Below, piece after piece: positions 45,660-55,591 of a DNA stretch of 64,000 bases. Each line of letters begins with the position of its first letter. Positions within the stretch are counted from its first letter, which is position 1. Below the pieces are notes generated by a model, which saw nothing but the letters and a program-made list of their open reading frames with translations, made no database searches and was not told where the DNA came from. Made by a program: the position numbers and the translations under genes. The stretch spans positions 2,011 through 66,010 of the forward strand of contig JADIIM010000058.1 in NCBI GenBank assembly GCA_015351705.1. The letters are read 5' to 3'. Source of the stretch: Aeromicrobium sp. GTDB lineage: Bacteria > Actinomycetota > Coriobacteriia > Anaerosomatales > Anaerosomataceae.

Positions 45660-46991
45660 CTAAACCTCGCCTTCGGTGAACTCGCCGGTGAGGAACCACG
45701 GATGTGCGTGAACGACCCTGACGCGTCTGAGCCCGCCCGCAGGGGGCGCCACACCGTCGTCGCCGAGGGGGATGTGGACGAGCCGGTTGTGCGGCGTACG
45801 CCCCGAGAGCGTCCCGACGTCACGGCGTGAGGGGCCTTCGATGAGGACGGTGTGCACCTGTCCCACCTGACGCTCGTTGGAGGCGAGAGACAGATCGCGG
45901 ACCAGCGTCGCAAGCCGGTCGAAGCGCTCCTGGGCGACGGGACGGGCGACCGTCTCACTCAGTCGTGCAGCCGGTGTTCCTTCCCGGGGCGAGTAGATGA
46001 AGGTGAACGCGTGGTCGAAGCCGACCACGGCGACGAGCGAAAGCGTCTGCTCGAAGTCCGCGTCGGTCTCACCGGGGAAGCCGACGATGATGTCGGTGGA
46101 GAGCGCGATGTCCGGGAGCGCGGCGCGCAGACGCGTGATGCGCTCGAGGTACGCCGAGCGCGTATACCCACGGTTCATGGCTTCCAGGATGCGGTCCGAT
46201 CCATGCTGCACCGGCAGATGCAGGTACGGCATGAGTGCGGGGGTCTCGGCGAGTGCGCAGATGGTCTCGTCCGAGAGGTCCTTGGGGTGGCTTGTGGCGA
46301 AGCGGACGCGCGCGATGCCGGTCGAGGCGACGCACCGCAGGAGCTCGGCGAATCGGGGCGCTCCGTAGCGGTCGCGGCCGTACGAGTTGACGTTCTGGCC
46401 GAGGAGCGTGACTTCCACGACGCCGTCGGCTACGAGACGCTCGACCTCAGCGATGATGTCCTCGAACACGCGGCTGCGCTCCGGACCGCGGACCGCCGGG
46501 ACGATGCAGTAAGCGCAATGGTTGTCGCAACCGACGGTTATGGGGACCCACGCGTGCCAGCGACGTTCACGCACTGACGGCAGATCGCTCGCAAAACGGT
46601 CGGTGCCGTCGAGCACGCTCACCGCGCGACGGCCCTCGGCGGCCGCTGCGACCAGTGCCGGGAGCTCCTCGATGTTATGGGTGCCGAAGACGACGTCGAC
46701 GTGCGGGAGCTGGCGAAGGAGCGCGGTTCCGTCGCGTTGGCCGACGCAGCCACCGACGGCGATGACGACGTCGGGGCGGCCGCCAGTCTTGAGCGCCTTG
46801 AGCGAGGAGACCTGGCCGATGAGCCGCTCGTCGGCCGTCTCGCGTACGCAGCAGGTGTTGAAGACGATCACATCGGCGTCCTCGAGCACGTCCGCGGCGA
46901 CAAGCCCCTCGGCCTCGAGCAGTCCGGCCATCCGCTCGGAGTCGTGCTTGTTCATCTGACACCCGAAGGTACGGATGGCGTAGGTCCTCAC
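45660..46991 (-). CDS. miaB: tRNA-2-methylthio-N6-dimethylallyladenosine synthase
   Basis: UPF0004 cluster FGCQMNKHDSE, radical-SAM CDNHCAYC, and a TRAM tail. The GTG overlaps the upstream stop. Confidence 0.93.
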   Translation of the reverse strand: MRTYAIRTFGCQMNKHDSERMAGLLEAEGLVAADVLEDADVIVFNTCCVRETADERLIGQVSSLKALKTGGRPDVVIAVGGCVGQRDGTALLRQLPHVDVVFGTHNIEELPALVAAAAEGRRAVSVLDGTDRFASDLPSVRERRWHAWVPITVGCDNHCAYCIVPAVRGPERSRVFEDIIAEVERLVADGVVEVTLLGQNVNSYGRDRYGAPRFAELLRCVASTGIARVRFATSHPKDLSDETICALAETPALMPYLHLPVQHGSDRILEAMNRGYTRSAYLERITRLRAALPDIALSTDIIVGFPGETDADFEQTLSLVAVVGFDHAFTFIYSPREGTPAARLSETVARPVAQERFDRLATLVRDLSLASNERQVGQVHTVLIEGPSRRDVGTLSGRTPHNRLVHIPLGDDGVAPPAGGLRRVRVVHAHPWFLTGEFTEGEV

Positions 46992-47833
46992 CGGACGTCT
47001 CCTTCGCCACCGTGAAGACGGTCGCGGGCGGCCTCGAGCGCGAAGACCACGTCGTCGGGCACTTCAGCCGAGCCGAGCGGGTTTCCCTCGGCGTGGTCCC
47101 CGTGGAAGTCCGACCCGCCGGTCGCGACGAGTCCGTGAGTGCGCGCGAGGGCGACATAGTGCTCCCGGACAAGCCGGTCGTGACTGCCATGATACGCCTC
47201 CAGCCCCACGACACCGGCGCTCACGAGCTCCGGAAGGTGCGGGTCCACAGCGCTGAGCGCCGGATGTGCGACGACCGCGACCCCGCCGGCCTCCCGGATC
47301 CAGGAGACCACCTCACGCACCGAGGTCACGGGCTTGGGGACGTAGTGCGGTCGACCGCTGCCGAGCAGCCGCTCGAACGCCTCAGCCACTGAGGCGACGT
47401 GGCCGGCGGCGACAAGTGCCTGTGCGACGTGCGCGCGTCCGACCGCTCCCCCGTCGGCTACCGAAAGGACGTCGTCGACGGTCACCTCGAAGCCGGTCTC
47501 GGCAAGTGATGCGACGATCGCACGGGCCCGCGTGATCCTGATGGTGCGCAGCTCCTCAAGACGTGAGAGCAGCTTCGGATCGGCGTGGTCGATGAAGTAT
47601 CCGAGGATGTGCACGCCCTGACCTTGGACACCGGCCGAGAGCTCGACGCCCGGTATGACGCGCAGCGGTGTGTCGTGAGACGCCTCGAGCGCGGCCGATA
47701 CCCCCGCAACGGTGTCGTGGTCGGTGAGCGCGATGGCGGGCAGGCCGAGCGCAACAGCGCGCCTGACAAGCGCCTCGGGCGTGAGCGTGCCGTCGGAAGC
47801 GGTGGAGTGGATGTGCAGGTCAGGGCCGGGCAT
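46988..47833 (-). CDS. PHP-domain metal-dependent phosphoesterase (TrpH/YciV, RNase AM-like)
   Basis: DLHIHSTASDGTLTPEALV..IALTDHDT..HPAL..GGSDFHG. Confidence 0.85.
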   Translation of the reverse strand: MPGPDLHIHSTASDGTLTPEALVRRAVALGLPAIALTDHDTVAGVSAALEASHDTPLRVIPGVELSAGVQGQGVHILGYFIDHADPKLLSRLEELRTIRITRARAIVASLAETGFEVTVDDVLSVADGGAVGRAHVAQALVAAGHVASVAEAFERLLGSGRPHYVPKPVTSVREVVSWIREAGGVAVVAHPALSAVDPHLPELVSAGVVGLEAYHGSHDRLVREHYVALARTHGLVATGGSDFHGDHAEGNPLGSAEVPDDVVFALEAARDRLHGGEGDVR

Positions 47834-47840
47834 CGGCGTC

Positions 47841-48116
47841 TTAGCCGTGCGGTGATGGGCGTGGCTCCACCAGCAGCCTGATAGCGGTGCGCTCCTCGCC
47901 GTTGATCTCGATGTCCGCGAACGCCGGCGTGCAGATCAGGTCGAGCCCGGTAGGTGCGACGAATCCACGAGCGATGGCGATCGCCTTGATGGCCTGGTTG
48001 AGAGCACCTGCGCCGACCACCTGGACCTCCACTGCCCCCTGCTCACGCACGACGCCAGCAAGGGCGCCAGCGACCGAATTGGGGCTGGATTTGGTGGAGA
48101 CCTTCAGGACTTCCAC
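47841..48116 (-). CDS. spoVS: SpoVS-family protein
   Basis: The 254-aa track ORF is trimmed to the GTG at 48116, 5 nt after AGGAGG. The 91-aa product reads VEVLKVSTKSSPNSVAGALAGVVRE..VQVVGAGALNQAIKAIAIARGF. Confidence 0.85.
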   Translation of the reverse strand: MEVLKVSTKSSPNSVAGALAGVVREQGAVEVQVVGAGALNQAIKAIAIARGFVAPTGLDLICTPAFADIEINGEERTAIRLLVEPRPSPHG

Positions 48117-48238
48117 GGTGCCTCCTGTGTGCTGTGACGTGGTGGTGTGGTGGTGCTGTCTCAGCTGGTGTGACATGTCCGCGCATTGCGGACGGTGTGT
48201 GATCGATGGTGCCCCGCAGTATACCCCAAGACGCGCTG

Positions 48239-49318
48239 TCAGTCGTCCTTCTCGACGCTGAAACGGACGCTGATCGCATCGCGGCCGACGTTGATGCGAG
48301 GCTCTCCACGCAGACTCATGTAGTAGCGGTCGGCCAGTGCGTCGAACGCTTTCGTGAGGTCGCGCTTGAAGGCGACGAGGTCCCCGTGGTGGATACGCAG
48401 CGAGCGCCTGTCGCGGTAGATGTCGGGAGCAGGCTCGTGCCCGGTGTCGTCCTCGGTGGCGAGGAGCTGGGTCATCAGCGGCTCCAGCGGGGCGAGTTCC
48501 TGGCCGAGGACCCGGTGTGCGGTTCGCTCGGAGATTCCCAGGCCGATGGCGCTCGCGGTCTCCGTGAGCTCCTCGGCATCGGCGCACGCACCCGGGCGCA
48601 GCCACACCTGGAGCCGGTCGAGATCGTCACAGAACATCAGATCGCTGACGTCGAGCGCGTCACGACCGGACGAGTACAGGGTGGCGAGGACCTCGGTGGG
48701 TGTTCCGATGTAGATCTCGAGCGAGGGGTGCTCGCAGGCGAACTCCACCACGCGACGAACGATGTTGTGGGGGCCGCGCACGACGCGAGGTGCGCCCGAG
48801 TCGTCGGCTTCGACGACCGGCCAGGTGGACTGATCGGCGCGCTCCGGGAGCACCTGCGTGTCCGCGACGATCTCGATCGCGGCCCCCTTGTGCGGCGCTG
48901 AAGACGCTACGCGTGCAACGCTGGCGTTCGAGCGGACGGAGAACAGGGCCATGCCGCGACCATGGACCCCCCATCGGTCCATGACCATCGTCTCGAGCTT
49001 GGAGGTGACGCGCGGTTCGAAGATCGTCTCGTGCAGGGCGGCAGGCACGCCGACTCCATCGTCGATGATGGTCATCAGGCGGGTGTCGCCTTCCCGGGCG
49101 GTGGCGAAGAAGATCCGCTGCGCATGCGCGTCACGGGCGTTGCGGAGCAGCTCGACGACGATATCCTCCACACCGCGGATGTCGTGTTTGGCCTGGCGCC
49201 GCTCGGCCTCAGGGACACGGAGCCGCACGTAACCATCGCCGAGGGTCTCCTCGACTTTGAGGAATCCGTCGCCGGACACGGTGCTGACGAAGTCTATGAG
49301 TGGGTCGTGTTCTGCCAT
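48239..49318 (-). CDS. GHKL-type ATPase domain protein with a putative internal HTH, no HisKA/DHp domain
   Basis: N-box ELLRNARDA, G1 DDGVGV, G2 GVHGRGMAL. Later, AIGLGISERTAHRVLG looks like an HTH. Length 359 aa. Confidence 0.7.
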   Translation of the reverse strand: MAEHDPLIDFVSTVSGDGFLKVEETLGDGYVRLRVPEAERRQAKHDIRGVEDIVVELLRNARDAHAQRIFFATAREGDTRLMTIIDDGVGVPAALHETIFEPRVTSKLETMVMDRWGVHGRGMALFSVRSNASVARVASSAPHKGAAIEIVADTQVLPERADQSTWPVVEADDSGAPRVVRGPHNIVRRVVEFACEHPSLEIYIGTPTEVLATLYSSGRDALDVSDLMFCDDLDRLQVWLRPGACADAEELTETASAIGLGISERTAHRVLGQELAPLEPLMTQLLATEDDTGHEPAPDIYRDRRSLRIHHGDLVAFKRDLTKAFDALADRYYMSLRGEPRINVGRDAISVRFSVEKDD

Positions 49319-49359
49319 CGCGTCCTCAAGGGTGCCACGGGCGGGCGTGCATCACAAGG

Positions 49360-49387
49360 CCGAGGGGGCCGTTTCCGGCCCCCTCGG
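49360..49387 (-). terminator. Strong hairpin downstream of rny
   Basis: CCGAGGGGGCCG-GAAA-CGGCCCCCTCGG on the minus strand (12-bp stem), followed by CCUUGUGAU. Confidence 0.6.
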
Positions 49388-49419
49388 ACGAACGATCGTG
49401 CCAACGTGACCGGCCGACG

Positions 49420-50952
49420 TCACTTCGCGTACTCGACCGCACGACTCTCCCGGATGATCATGACCTTGATCTGACCGGGGTACTGGAGCTCGTCTTCGAT
49501 CTGCTTGGCGAGTTCGCGCGCGAGCACGGTCGCATCCGCGTCGGAGATCTCGTCGGGTTTCACCATGACGCGGACCTCGCGCCCCGCCTGCATCGCGTAG
49601 GACTTCTCGACGCCCTTGTGTGACTCGGCGAGCGCCTCGAGCTTCTCGAGTCGCTTGATGTAGCTTTCGAGCGTCTCACGGCGAGCGCCCGGGCGTGCGG
49701 CAGAGATGGCGTCCGCTGCCTGTACCAGCACGGCCTCGACCGTCTGGGGCTCCACGTCACCATGGTGTGCCTCGATGCAGTGCACGACCTCCTTGTTCTC
49801 GCCGAGCCGGCGAGCGAGGTCCGCGCCGATGACGGCGTGCGGCCCTTCGATCTCGTGGTCGATGGCCTTGCCGAGGTCGTGGAGCAGCCCCGCCCGCTTG
49901 GCAAGCGTGGGATCGAGACCGAGCTCGGAAGCCATCACGCCAGCGACGTGGGCGACTTCAAGCGAGTGCTTCAGGACGTTCTGGCCGTAGCTGGTGCGGT
50001 ACCGGAGCCGGCCGAGGGTGCGAACGAGATCGTTGTGGAGGTTGTGGACACCGGAGTCGAACACCGCCTGCTCGCCTGCCTCGTGGATCTGCTGCTCGAC
50101 AAGGATCTCGGCCTTCTTGAACATCTCCTCGATGCGCGCGGGGTGGATGCGGCCATCGGCGATAAGGTTCTCGAGCGTGATGCGACCAACCTCGCGGCGG
50201 ACCGGATCGAAGCTTGAGAGGATCACGGCCTCGGGAGTGTCGTCGATGATGAGATTGATGCCCGTCAGCTGTTCGAATGCCCGGATGTTCCGGCCCTCTC
50301 GGCCGATGATGCGGCCTTTCAGGTCGTCTGAAGGGATATGCACGACGGAAACGGTGGACTCCGCCGTGTGGTCTGCCGCAACGCGACCGATGGCGATGCC
50401 GATGATGTTGCGCGCCTTGCGGTCCGCCTCCTCGCGGGCCCGCTGCTCGGTCTCACGGATGAGCACGGCGGCGTCGTGGGTGACATCCTGCTTGATGCGC
50501 TCGATCAGGACCGCTTTGGCCTGGTCGGACGTCATCCCCGCAGTCGCCTCGAGGCGGGACTTCTCCTCGGCGATGGCATCCTCCAGGTCGCGCTCGCGCT
50601 TGGCGATCTGCCCAACCTGGCTGGAGAGCTGATGCTCGCGCTTGTCCACCGATTCCGCGCGGCGCTCGATGGACTCCTCCCGCTGAAGCAGGCGGTTCTC
50701 AAGTACGGTGAGTTCCTTGCGACGCTCCTTGACCTCCTCCTCGGCCTGCGCTTTGAGGTGGAAGATCTCGTCCTTCGCCTCGAGGAGCATCTCCTTGCGG
50801 GTCGTCTCGGCCTGCTTCTCCGCATCGGTAAGCGCTCGCTCTGCAGCGAGGCGTGCCTGGTTCACCTTACCGGCGATCAGGAAGCGATTGACGAGGAAGC
50901 CGAGGACGACGCCGAGGGCAAGGCCGATCATGACGTAGAGTGCCGGGCCCAT
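49420..50952 (-). CDS. rny: Ribonuclease Y
   Basis: The 596-aa track ORF is trimmed to the ATG at 50952, after GGGAGGGA. It has an N-terminal TM helix, a coiled coil, a KH domain ([19 protein letters not shown]) and an HD domain (HSLEVAH..LLHDLGK). Confidence 0.93.
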   Translation of the reverse strand: MGPALYVMIGLALGVVLGFLVNRFLIAGKVNQARLAAERALTDAEKQAETTRKEMLLEAKDEIFHLKAQAEEEVKERRKELTVLENRLLQREESIERRAESVDKREHQLSSQVGQIAKRERDLEDAIAEEKSRLEATAGMTSDQAKAVLIERIKQDVTHDAAVLIRETEQRAREEADRKARNIIGIAIGRVAADHTAESTVSVVHIPSDDLKGRIIGREGRNIRAFEQLTGINLIIDDTPEAVILSSFDPVRREVGRITLENLIADGRIHPARIEEMFKKAEILVEQQIHEAGEQAVFDSGVHNLHNDLVRTLGRLRYRTSYGQNVLKHSLEVAHVAGVMASELGLDPTLAKRAGLLHDLGKAIDHEIEGPHAVIGADLARRLGENKEVVHCIEAHHGDVEPQTVEAVLVQAADAISAARPGARRETLESYIKRLEKLEALAESHKGVEKSYAMQAGREVRVMVKPDEISDADATVLARELAKQIEDELQYPGQIKVMIIRESRAVEYAK

Positions 50953-51245
50953 TGCGTGTCCCTCCCTTTCCGGGGATCGATATGCCACGTGAAAGAGTGC
51001 GTTGCGATGGGCAGGATCATCGATCGCCACACCCGCACGTCCAGGAGAAGGTGTGCATGCGATGATGAAGATGCCAGGGCGCAACGCGCCCGGCAGACGG
51101 GACCAGGGTGCGTGCCCGGCGATACCCGGATACGGTCGTTGCCACCCGTGAACGGATGGCTTGAAGCGTTCGCACGATTGAACCCATAACGATCCTGGCT
51201 TCCGCACCATGCGGGAACACCGGATCGGTCACATCTGCCATGGTA

Positions 51246-51275
51246 ATCGTACTCGGCGTCCTGGTCCTACGTCAA
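51246..51275 (-). promoter_or_regulatory. Candidate sigma-70-type promoter TTGACG-18 nt-TACGAT downstream of recX, about 290 nt upstream of rny
   Basis: On the minus strand, the -35 is at 51270-51275 and the -10 at 51246-51251. Confidence 0.45.
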
Positions 51276-51318
51276 GCAGGCGAGGTGTCTGACCTGCGTG
51301 AACGGGCACCCCTGGAAC

Positions 51319-51960
51319 TCAGATGGCGTCGGTGCCCGCCTCTTCATCGAGCGTGGCCTGTGCAGCACGAAGAGCATCACCCGGTGCGAATCCACGGCGA
51401 ACGAGGCGCGCCGCGAGACGCTGCACGGAGTCGCCGGGGCGGGACCTCCGTGATGCCTCGCGCATGGCGCGCTCGGCCTCGGCCGACTCTGGGACGAGCG
51501 CGTCGAGCTCCTCCACGGCGCGATTCTCATCGATACCGTCCCGCACCATGGTCATGAGTGCCCGACGACGGCCGAATCCTCGTTGCACGACCAGTGCGGT
51601 AGCACGTGAGCGCGCGAACCGTGCGTCATCGATCGATCCGGCGCGCACGAGGTCATCGACCAGCGGGCCGACCACGTCCGCCGAGTATCCGTCGCGGGCG
51701 AGGCGGTCGCGGACTTCGGCGCTGCAACGCTCACGATACGCAAGAAGCCGGTAGGCGCGCTCCCGTGCGGCGCCCGGGGCGAGAGAAGCGACCTGTGCGG
51801 TGATCGCCTCGGGATCGACGACATCACCCGCGCGCAGCCCGAGCACACGCAGGACGGGAGCAGGCACGTGCGCCCACAGCTCTCCATCAAGGTAGAGTGC
51901 GCGGCGTACGGTGCCACGGGTGGCGCGGATCTCGGTCACCGTGCGAGGATCCGCGCCCAC
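51319..51960 (-). CDS. recX: RecA regulator RecX
   Basis: Helical-repeat protein 2 nt downstream of recA. RAYRLLAYRERCSAEVRDRL repeats. Length 213 aa. Confidence 0.88.
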   Translation of the reverse strand: MGADPRTVTEIRATRGTVRRALYLDGELWAHVPAPVLRVLGLRAGDVVDPEAITAQVASLAPGAARERAYRLLAYRERCSAEVRDRLARDGYSADVVGPLVDDLVRAGSIDDARFARSRATALVVQRGFGRRRALMTMVRDGIDENRAVEELDALVPESAEAERAMREASRRSRPGDSVQRLAARLVRRGFAPGDALRAAQATLDEEAGTDAI

Positions 51961-51962
51961 CG

Positions 51963-53015
51963 CTACTCTTTGGCTGCAGGCGCGGTCTTGGTCTCATCTG
52001 ACGCCGCCGGCGCCGGTCCGTCGGCGGGGAGTCCGAGCCGCTCGCGGATACGGTTCTCGATCTCATCGCGCAGGTCCGGGTGGTCGCGCAGGTAGTCCTT
52101 GGCCGCCTCGCGGCCCTGTCCGAGGCGTTCTTCACCGTACGTGTACCAGGCCCCCGACTTCTGTACGACGGCCTCCTCGACACCAAGATCGAGCAGACTG
52201 CCCTCCTTGGAGATCCCGAGACCATACATGATGTCGAACTCGGCCTGGCGGAACGGCGGAGCGACCTTGTTCTTGACCACCTTGGCGCGAACGCGGTTGC
52301 CGACGATCTCGGTGCCCTGCTTGATGGAGTCGATGCGCCGGACGTCGATCCGTATCGAGGCATAGAACTTGAGGGCACGACCACCGGACGTGGTCTCCGG
52401 GCTTCCGAACATCACGCCGACCTTCTCGCGCAGCTGGTTGATGAAGATGCACGTGGTGTGAGAGCGGTTCAGGGAGCCGGCGAGCTTGCGCATCGCCTGG
52501 CTCATGAGGCGTGCCTGCAGGCCGACGGTCACGTCTCCCATCTCACCCTCGAGCTCGGCCCGAGGGACGAGGGCGGCGACGGAGTCGACGACGATCACAT
52601 CGATAGCACCCGAGCGCACGAGCATGTCAGTGATCTCGAGCGCCTGCTCCCCGGTGTCGGGCTGGGAGATGAGGATGTCCTCGATGTCGACCCCCAGACG
52701 CGCGGCGTACGCGGGGTCGAGTGCGTGCTCGGCATCGACGAACGCGGCGACGCCGCCGGCACGCTGCGCCTCAGCGACGATCTGGAGCGCCAGGGTGGTC
52801 TTACCGGACGACTCCGGCCCGTAGATCTCGACGATACGTCCGCGGGGGACGCCGCCGATGCCGAGTGCCGCATCGAGCGCAAGCGATCCGGTGGGGATGA
52901 AATCGATGGACTGCAGCGCATCGTGCTCGCCGAGCCGCATCAACGATCCCTTACCGAACTTGCGCTCGATCTGCTCTCGCGTGAGGTCGAGCACTTTCTC
53001 TTTCTCGCGTTCCAT
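51963..53015 (-). CDS. recA: Recombinase RecA
   Basis: ORF trimmed to the ATG at 53015. Sequence [17 protein letters not shown]. Walker [10 protein letters not shown]. Confidence 0.97.
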   Translation of the reverse strand: MEREKEKVLDLTREQIERKFGKGSLMRLGEHDALQSIDFIPTGSLALDAALGIGGVPRGRIVEIYGPESSGKTTLALQIVAEAQRAGGVAAFVDAEHALDPAYAARLGVDIEDILISQPDTGEQALEITDMLVRSGAIDVIVVDSVAALVPRAELEGEMGDVTVGLQARLMSQAMRKLAGSLNRSHTTCIFINQLREKVGVMFGSPETTSGGRALKFYASIRIDVRRIDSIKQGTEIVGNRVRAKVVKNKVAPPFRQAEFDIMYGLGISKEGSLLDLGVEEAVVQKSGAWYTYGEERLGQGREAAKDYLRDHPDLRDEIENRIRERLGLPADGPAPAASDETKTAPAAKE

Positions 53016-53067
53016 GGTCACTTCCGCTCCTTTGCGCCGTACGGGCGACCCCCTGAAGGCCGACTCG

Positions 53068-53096
53068 ACCGTACACGAACATATGTTCGCTGTCAA
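53068..53096 (-). promoter_or_regulatory. recA promoter TTGACA-17 nt-TACGGT with the SOS box CGAACATATGTTCG (53076-53089) filling the spacer
   Basis: On the minus strand, the -35 is at 53091-53096 and the -10 at 53068-53073. The spacer holds a perfect CGAAC-N4-GTTCG. Confidence 0.75.
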
Positions 53097-53678
53097 TCAC
53101 CTCGACAGTGGCAGGACCGTGTGTGTTTCGTAGTGTGGTCCGGCCGGTGTGAGCGTTGACGTGTAGAGCGTAACCGACCGCACTGACATGGCCGCCGCCT
53201 CCCCCGCCGCACCGAGCACATCGCTGGCGGCTTGGACCGCCCTGGGGTCGATCCGGCGCGCCCGGCGCGCACGACAGAGCGTCACGTGCGCCTTGAACCG
53301 ACGGCTCTCAGCGGGGCCCACGAGGTCCTCCAGCGCTACGTCGATGTGCCCCGCCAGAGACGCGGTGACGCCCGCGCCCTCTCCCGCCGACGCCCAGAGC
53401 ATCGACGCCACGCGTGCGTTGGGGACAGGAACGCAGCCGGAAAGGCGGAGCGTGTAGGTGTGCTGGTCGGCAAGGGTGCCGCGCAAACGTTCGGCCACCG
53501 CATCGAGCGTGCTGGGATCCAGCGTGCCCAGGAACCGCAGCGTCACGTGAAGGTTCTCGGGCGCCACCCACTTCTCGCGGGCCCACGCAGGATCCGTGTC
53601 GACGATCACGCGTCGGCAGCGGATCAGCGCATCGGTCACCCGCCCGGGGAGTCCGATCCCCAGGAACGCTCGAGTCAT
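53097..53678 (-). CDS. thpR: RNA 2',3'-cyclic phosphodiesterase (2'-5' RNA ligase/LigT family)
   Basis: Two HxT motifs: LHVTLRFLG and AHVTLCR. Confidence 0.88.
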   Translation of the reverse strand: MTRAFLGIGLPGRVTDALIRCRRVIVDTDPAWAREKWVAPENLHVTLRFLGTLDPSTLDAVAERLRGTLADQHTYTLRLSGCVPVPNARVASMLWASAGEGAGVTASLAGHIDVALEDLVGPAESRRFKAHVTLCRARRARRIDPRAVQAASDVLGAAGEAAAMSVRSVTLYTSTLTPAGPHYETHTVLPLSR

Positions 53679-54967
53679 GCGCCGTCGCCGCCTCCCGTTG
53701 GGTCCATCCGCCGTACCAGAGCCTGCCGGAGCAGGTCGAGTGCGGTCACCGTCGCGCGCGTGCGTACGCCATGGCGGTCGCCGAAGAAGTGCCGGACCTC
53801 GGAAGTGGTGCTATCGGCTGAGGCCACCGCGAACCAGACCGTGCCGACCGGCTTGTCCGCGCTGCCCCCGCCGGGTCCGGCGATCCCGGTGATGGCGGCG
53901 GCGATGTCGGCGCCCAAGCGCTTGCGGACACCTGTGGCCATCGCCTCGGCCGCGGGGGCGCTCACCGCACCCCGGGTGGCCAGAAGCGCCGGATCCACGC
54001 CGAGAAGCGAAGACTTCGCGTCGTCGGCGTAGGTCACCGCCCCGCCGAGGAACACCGCTGATGCCCCGGGAACGTCGGTGAGCGCGGCGGCGACCGATCC
54101 TCCGGTGCACGATTCCGCCACCGCGATCGTCATCCCGGCGGCCCCCGCGATCCTGAGCACCGCCTCGGCAAGCGTCACCTCACCGTCGCCGTACCATGCC
54201 GTGCCGAGGGCGGCGCGAACGGCAGTCGCGGCGTGTTCGAGCCCATCGGGTGATGCGCCGCGGTCACGCAGAACGACATCCACGAGTGCGGGAGTGGCGA
54301 GTACGGTGAGTTCGATGCCGGACGTTCCGGAGAGCGCACGCTGTACCCGCAACTGCACGTCCGTCTCGGTCAGCCCCGCCGTTCGCAGGGTGCGGACGGA
54401 CTCATGCCGTTCGGCGGCGGTGAGCAGCGTACGCAGCATCGGTCGCATCTCCCGCGGAGGCCCGGGGAGCAGCACGACCAGAGCGTCTCCCGCCGCGACC
54501 ACCTGTCCCGGTGCGGTGCCGAGTTTCGGTGTGAGCACGGTGGCCCCGGAGAGGACCTCGGCCTGCCGGAGCACCTGCGCGGTAGCCCCGGACTCGCGGT
54601 GGCGCGATGTCACCTGGCGCAGCGCGCCTGCGATCTCTGGATCCGCTTGAAGCGTGAGGTCGAGTGCGCGGGCCGCCGCATCCCGGGTGACGTCGTCATG
54701 TGTGGGGCCGAGCCCGCCCGTGACGACGATCAGCGCGTGGCGCGTGAGCGCCGACGCGAGTGCCGAGGCGATCGCATGCTCGTCATCGGGCACGGACGAG
54801 ATCAGATCCACCCGGAGGCCGGCCGATTCCAGTTCGCGGGCGACTTCAGGACCGTTCGTGTCGGCATGCAGGCCGGAGGTGAGCTCGGTACCCACCGCGA
54901 TGACCGCCGCGGGGGCGTGGTCGCGCGCGAGCTCGGCGACGCGCGTGATCACTGCATCAACGGTCAT
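53675..54967 (-). CDS. cinA: CinA-family competence/damage-inducible protein (MoCF-binding + nicotinamide-nucleotide amidase domains)
   Basis: N-terminus VGTELTSGLHADTNG. C-terminus VAESCTGGSVAAALTDVPGAS. Confidence 0.9.
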   Translation of the reverse strand: MTVDAVITRVAELARDHAPAAVIAVGTELTSGLHADTNGPEVARELESAGLRVDLISSVPDDEHAIASALASALTRHALIVVTGGLGPTHDDVTRDAAARALDLTLQADPEIAGALRQVTSRHRESGATAQVLRQAEVLSGATVLTPKLGTAPGQVVAAGDALVVLLPGPPREMRPMLRTLLTAAERHESVRTLRTAGLTETDVQLRVQRALSGTSGIELTVLATPALVDVVLRDRGASPDGLEHAATAVRAALGTAWYGDGEVTLAEAVLRIAGAAGMTIAVAESCTGGSVAAALTDVPGASAVFLGGAVTYADDAKSSLLGVDPALLATRGAVSAPAAEAMATGVRKRLGADIAAAITGIAGPGGGSADKPVGTVWFAVASADSTTSEVRHFFGDRHGVRTRATVTALDLLRQALVRRMDPTGGGDGA

Positions 54968-55583
54968 CAGAGGACCCGCGCTCCCACGGTCCCGTCAGGA
55001 TGTCCCGTGCGTGGTAGAAGTAGTCCATCATCGAGAAGATGGTGAGCAGCACCGCCGCGGCCATGACGAGCCACGACGCGGACTCGAAGACCACCCACCA
55101 CGTGTCGGTGAGCGCCGCCTCCAGCCAGACGCTTCCCCGCAGGAGGAACGCGACGATCGCGACGATCTGCAGGACCGTCTTGGCCTTGCCGAAGTTGGAT
55201 GCGGCGATGACACGGCCCTCGGCCACGGCGACCATACGGAGGCCGCTGACCACGAGCTCGCGGCTGATGATCACGAGCGCGACCCACGACGGGATCCGGC
55301 CGAGGTCCACGAGTGCCACAAGGGCGGCCGTCACGAGCAGCTTGTCCGCGAGCGGGTCGATGAACGTGCCGAAGGTCGTGACCTGGTTGCGCGTCCGGGC
55401 GATGTAGCCGTCCACCGCATCGCTCGCGGCGAGCGCGACGAAGATCGCGGCGGCCAACCACGGCTGTGCGACGAGCCACCACGTGGGTGCGGGTATCCAG
55501 GCCGGGAATTCGCCGAGGAGCACGACGAGGAACACCGGGATGAAGACGATGCGCAGCAAGGTGATGCGGTTGGCGAGATTCAT
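54957..55583 (-). CDS. pgsA: CDP-diacylglycerol--glycerol-3-phosphate 3-phosphatidyltransferase
   Basis: MNLANRITLLRI.. and DAVDGYIARTRNQVTTFGTFIDPLADKLL. Classic pgsA-cinA pairing. An alternative start lies at 55595. Confidence 0.9.
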   Translation of the reverse strand: MNLANRITLLRIVFIPVFLVVLLGEFPAWIPAPTWWLVAQPWLAAAIFVALAASDAVDGYIARTRNQVTTFGTFIDPLADKLLVTAALVALVDLGRIPSWVALVIISRELVVSGLRMVAVAEGRVIAASNFGKAKTVLQIVAIVAFLLRGSVWLEAALTDTWWVVFESASWLVMAAAVLLTIFSMMDYFYHARDILTGPWERGSSDDR

Positions 55584-55591
55584 CGAACGGA

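Noticed and set aside
47841-48605. 254-aa version of the spoVS ORF, and similar long N-terminal extensions of rny (to 51210), the purine permease (to 37154), the RlpA-like gene (to 19674) and lexA (from 39053)
   Set aside because: The extensions are Arg/Pro/Gly-rich and lack homology-like sequence. Each gene has an internal start with a good RBS at the point where the recognisable protein begins.
51017-51241. 74-aa minus-strand ORF starting immediately after the candidate rny promoter (possible leaderless small protein)
   Set aside because: Hand-counted third-position G+C is about 63%, versus about 79% for the first 48 codons of recA. The translation has no hydrophobic core or motif. I treated it as non-coding leader.
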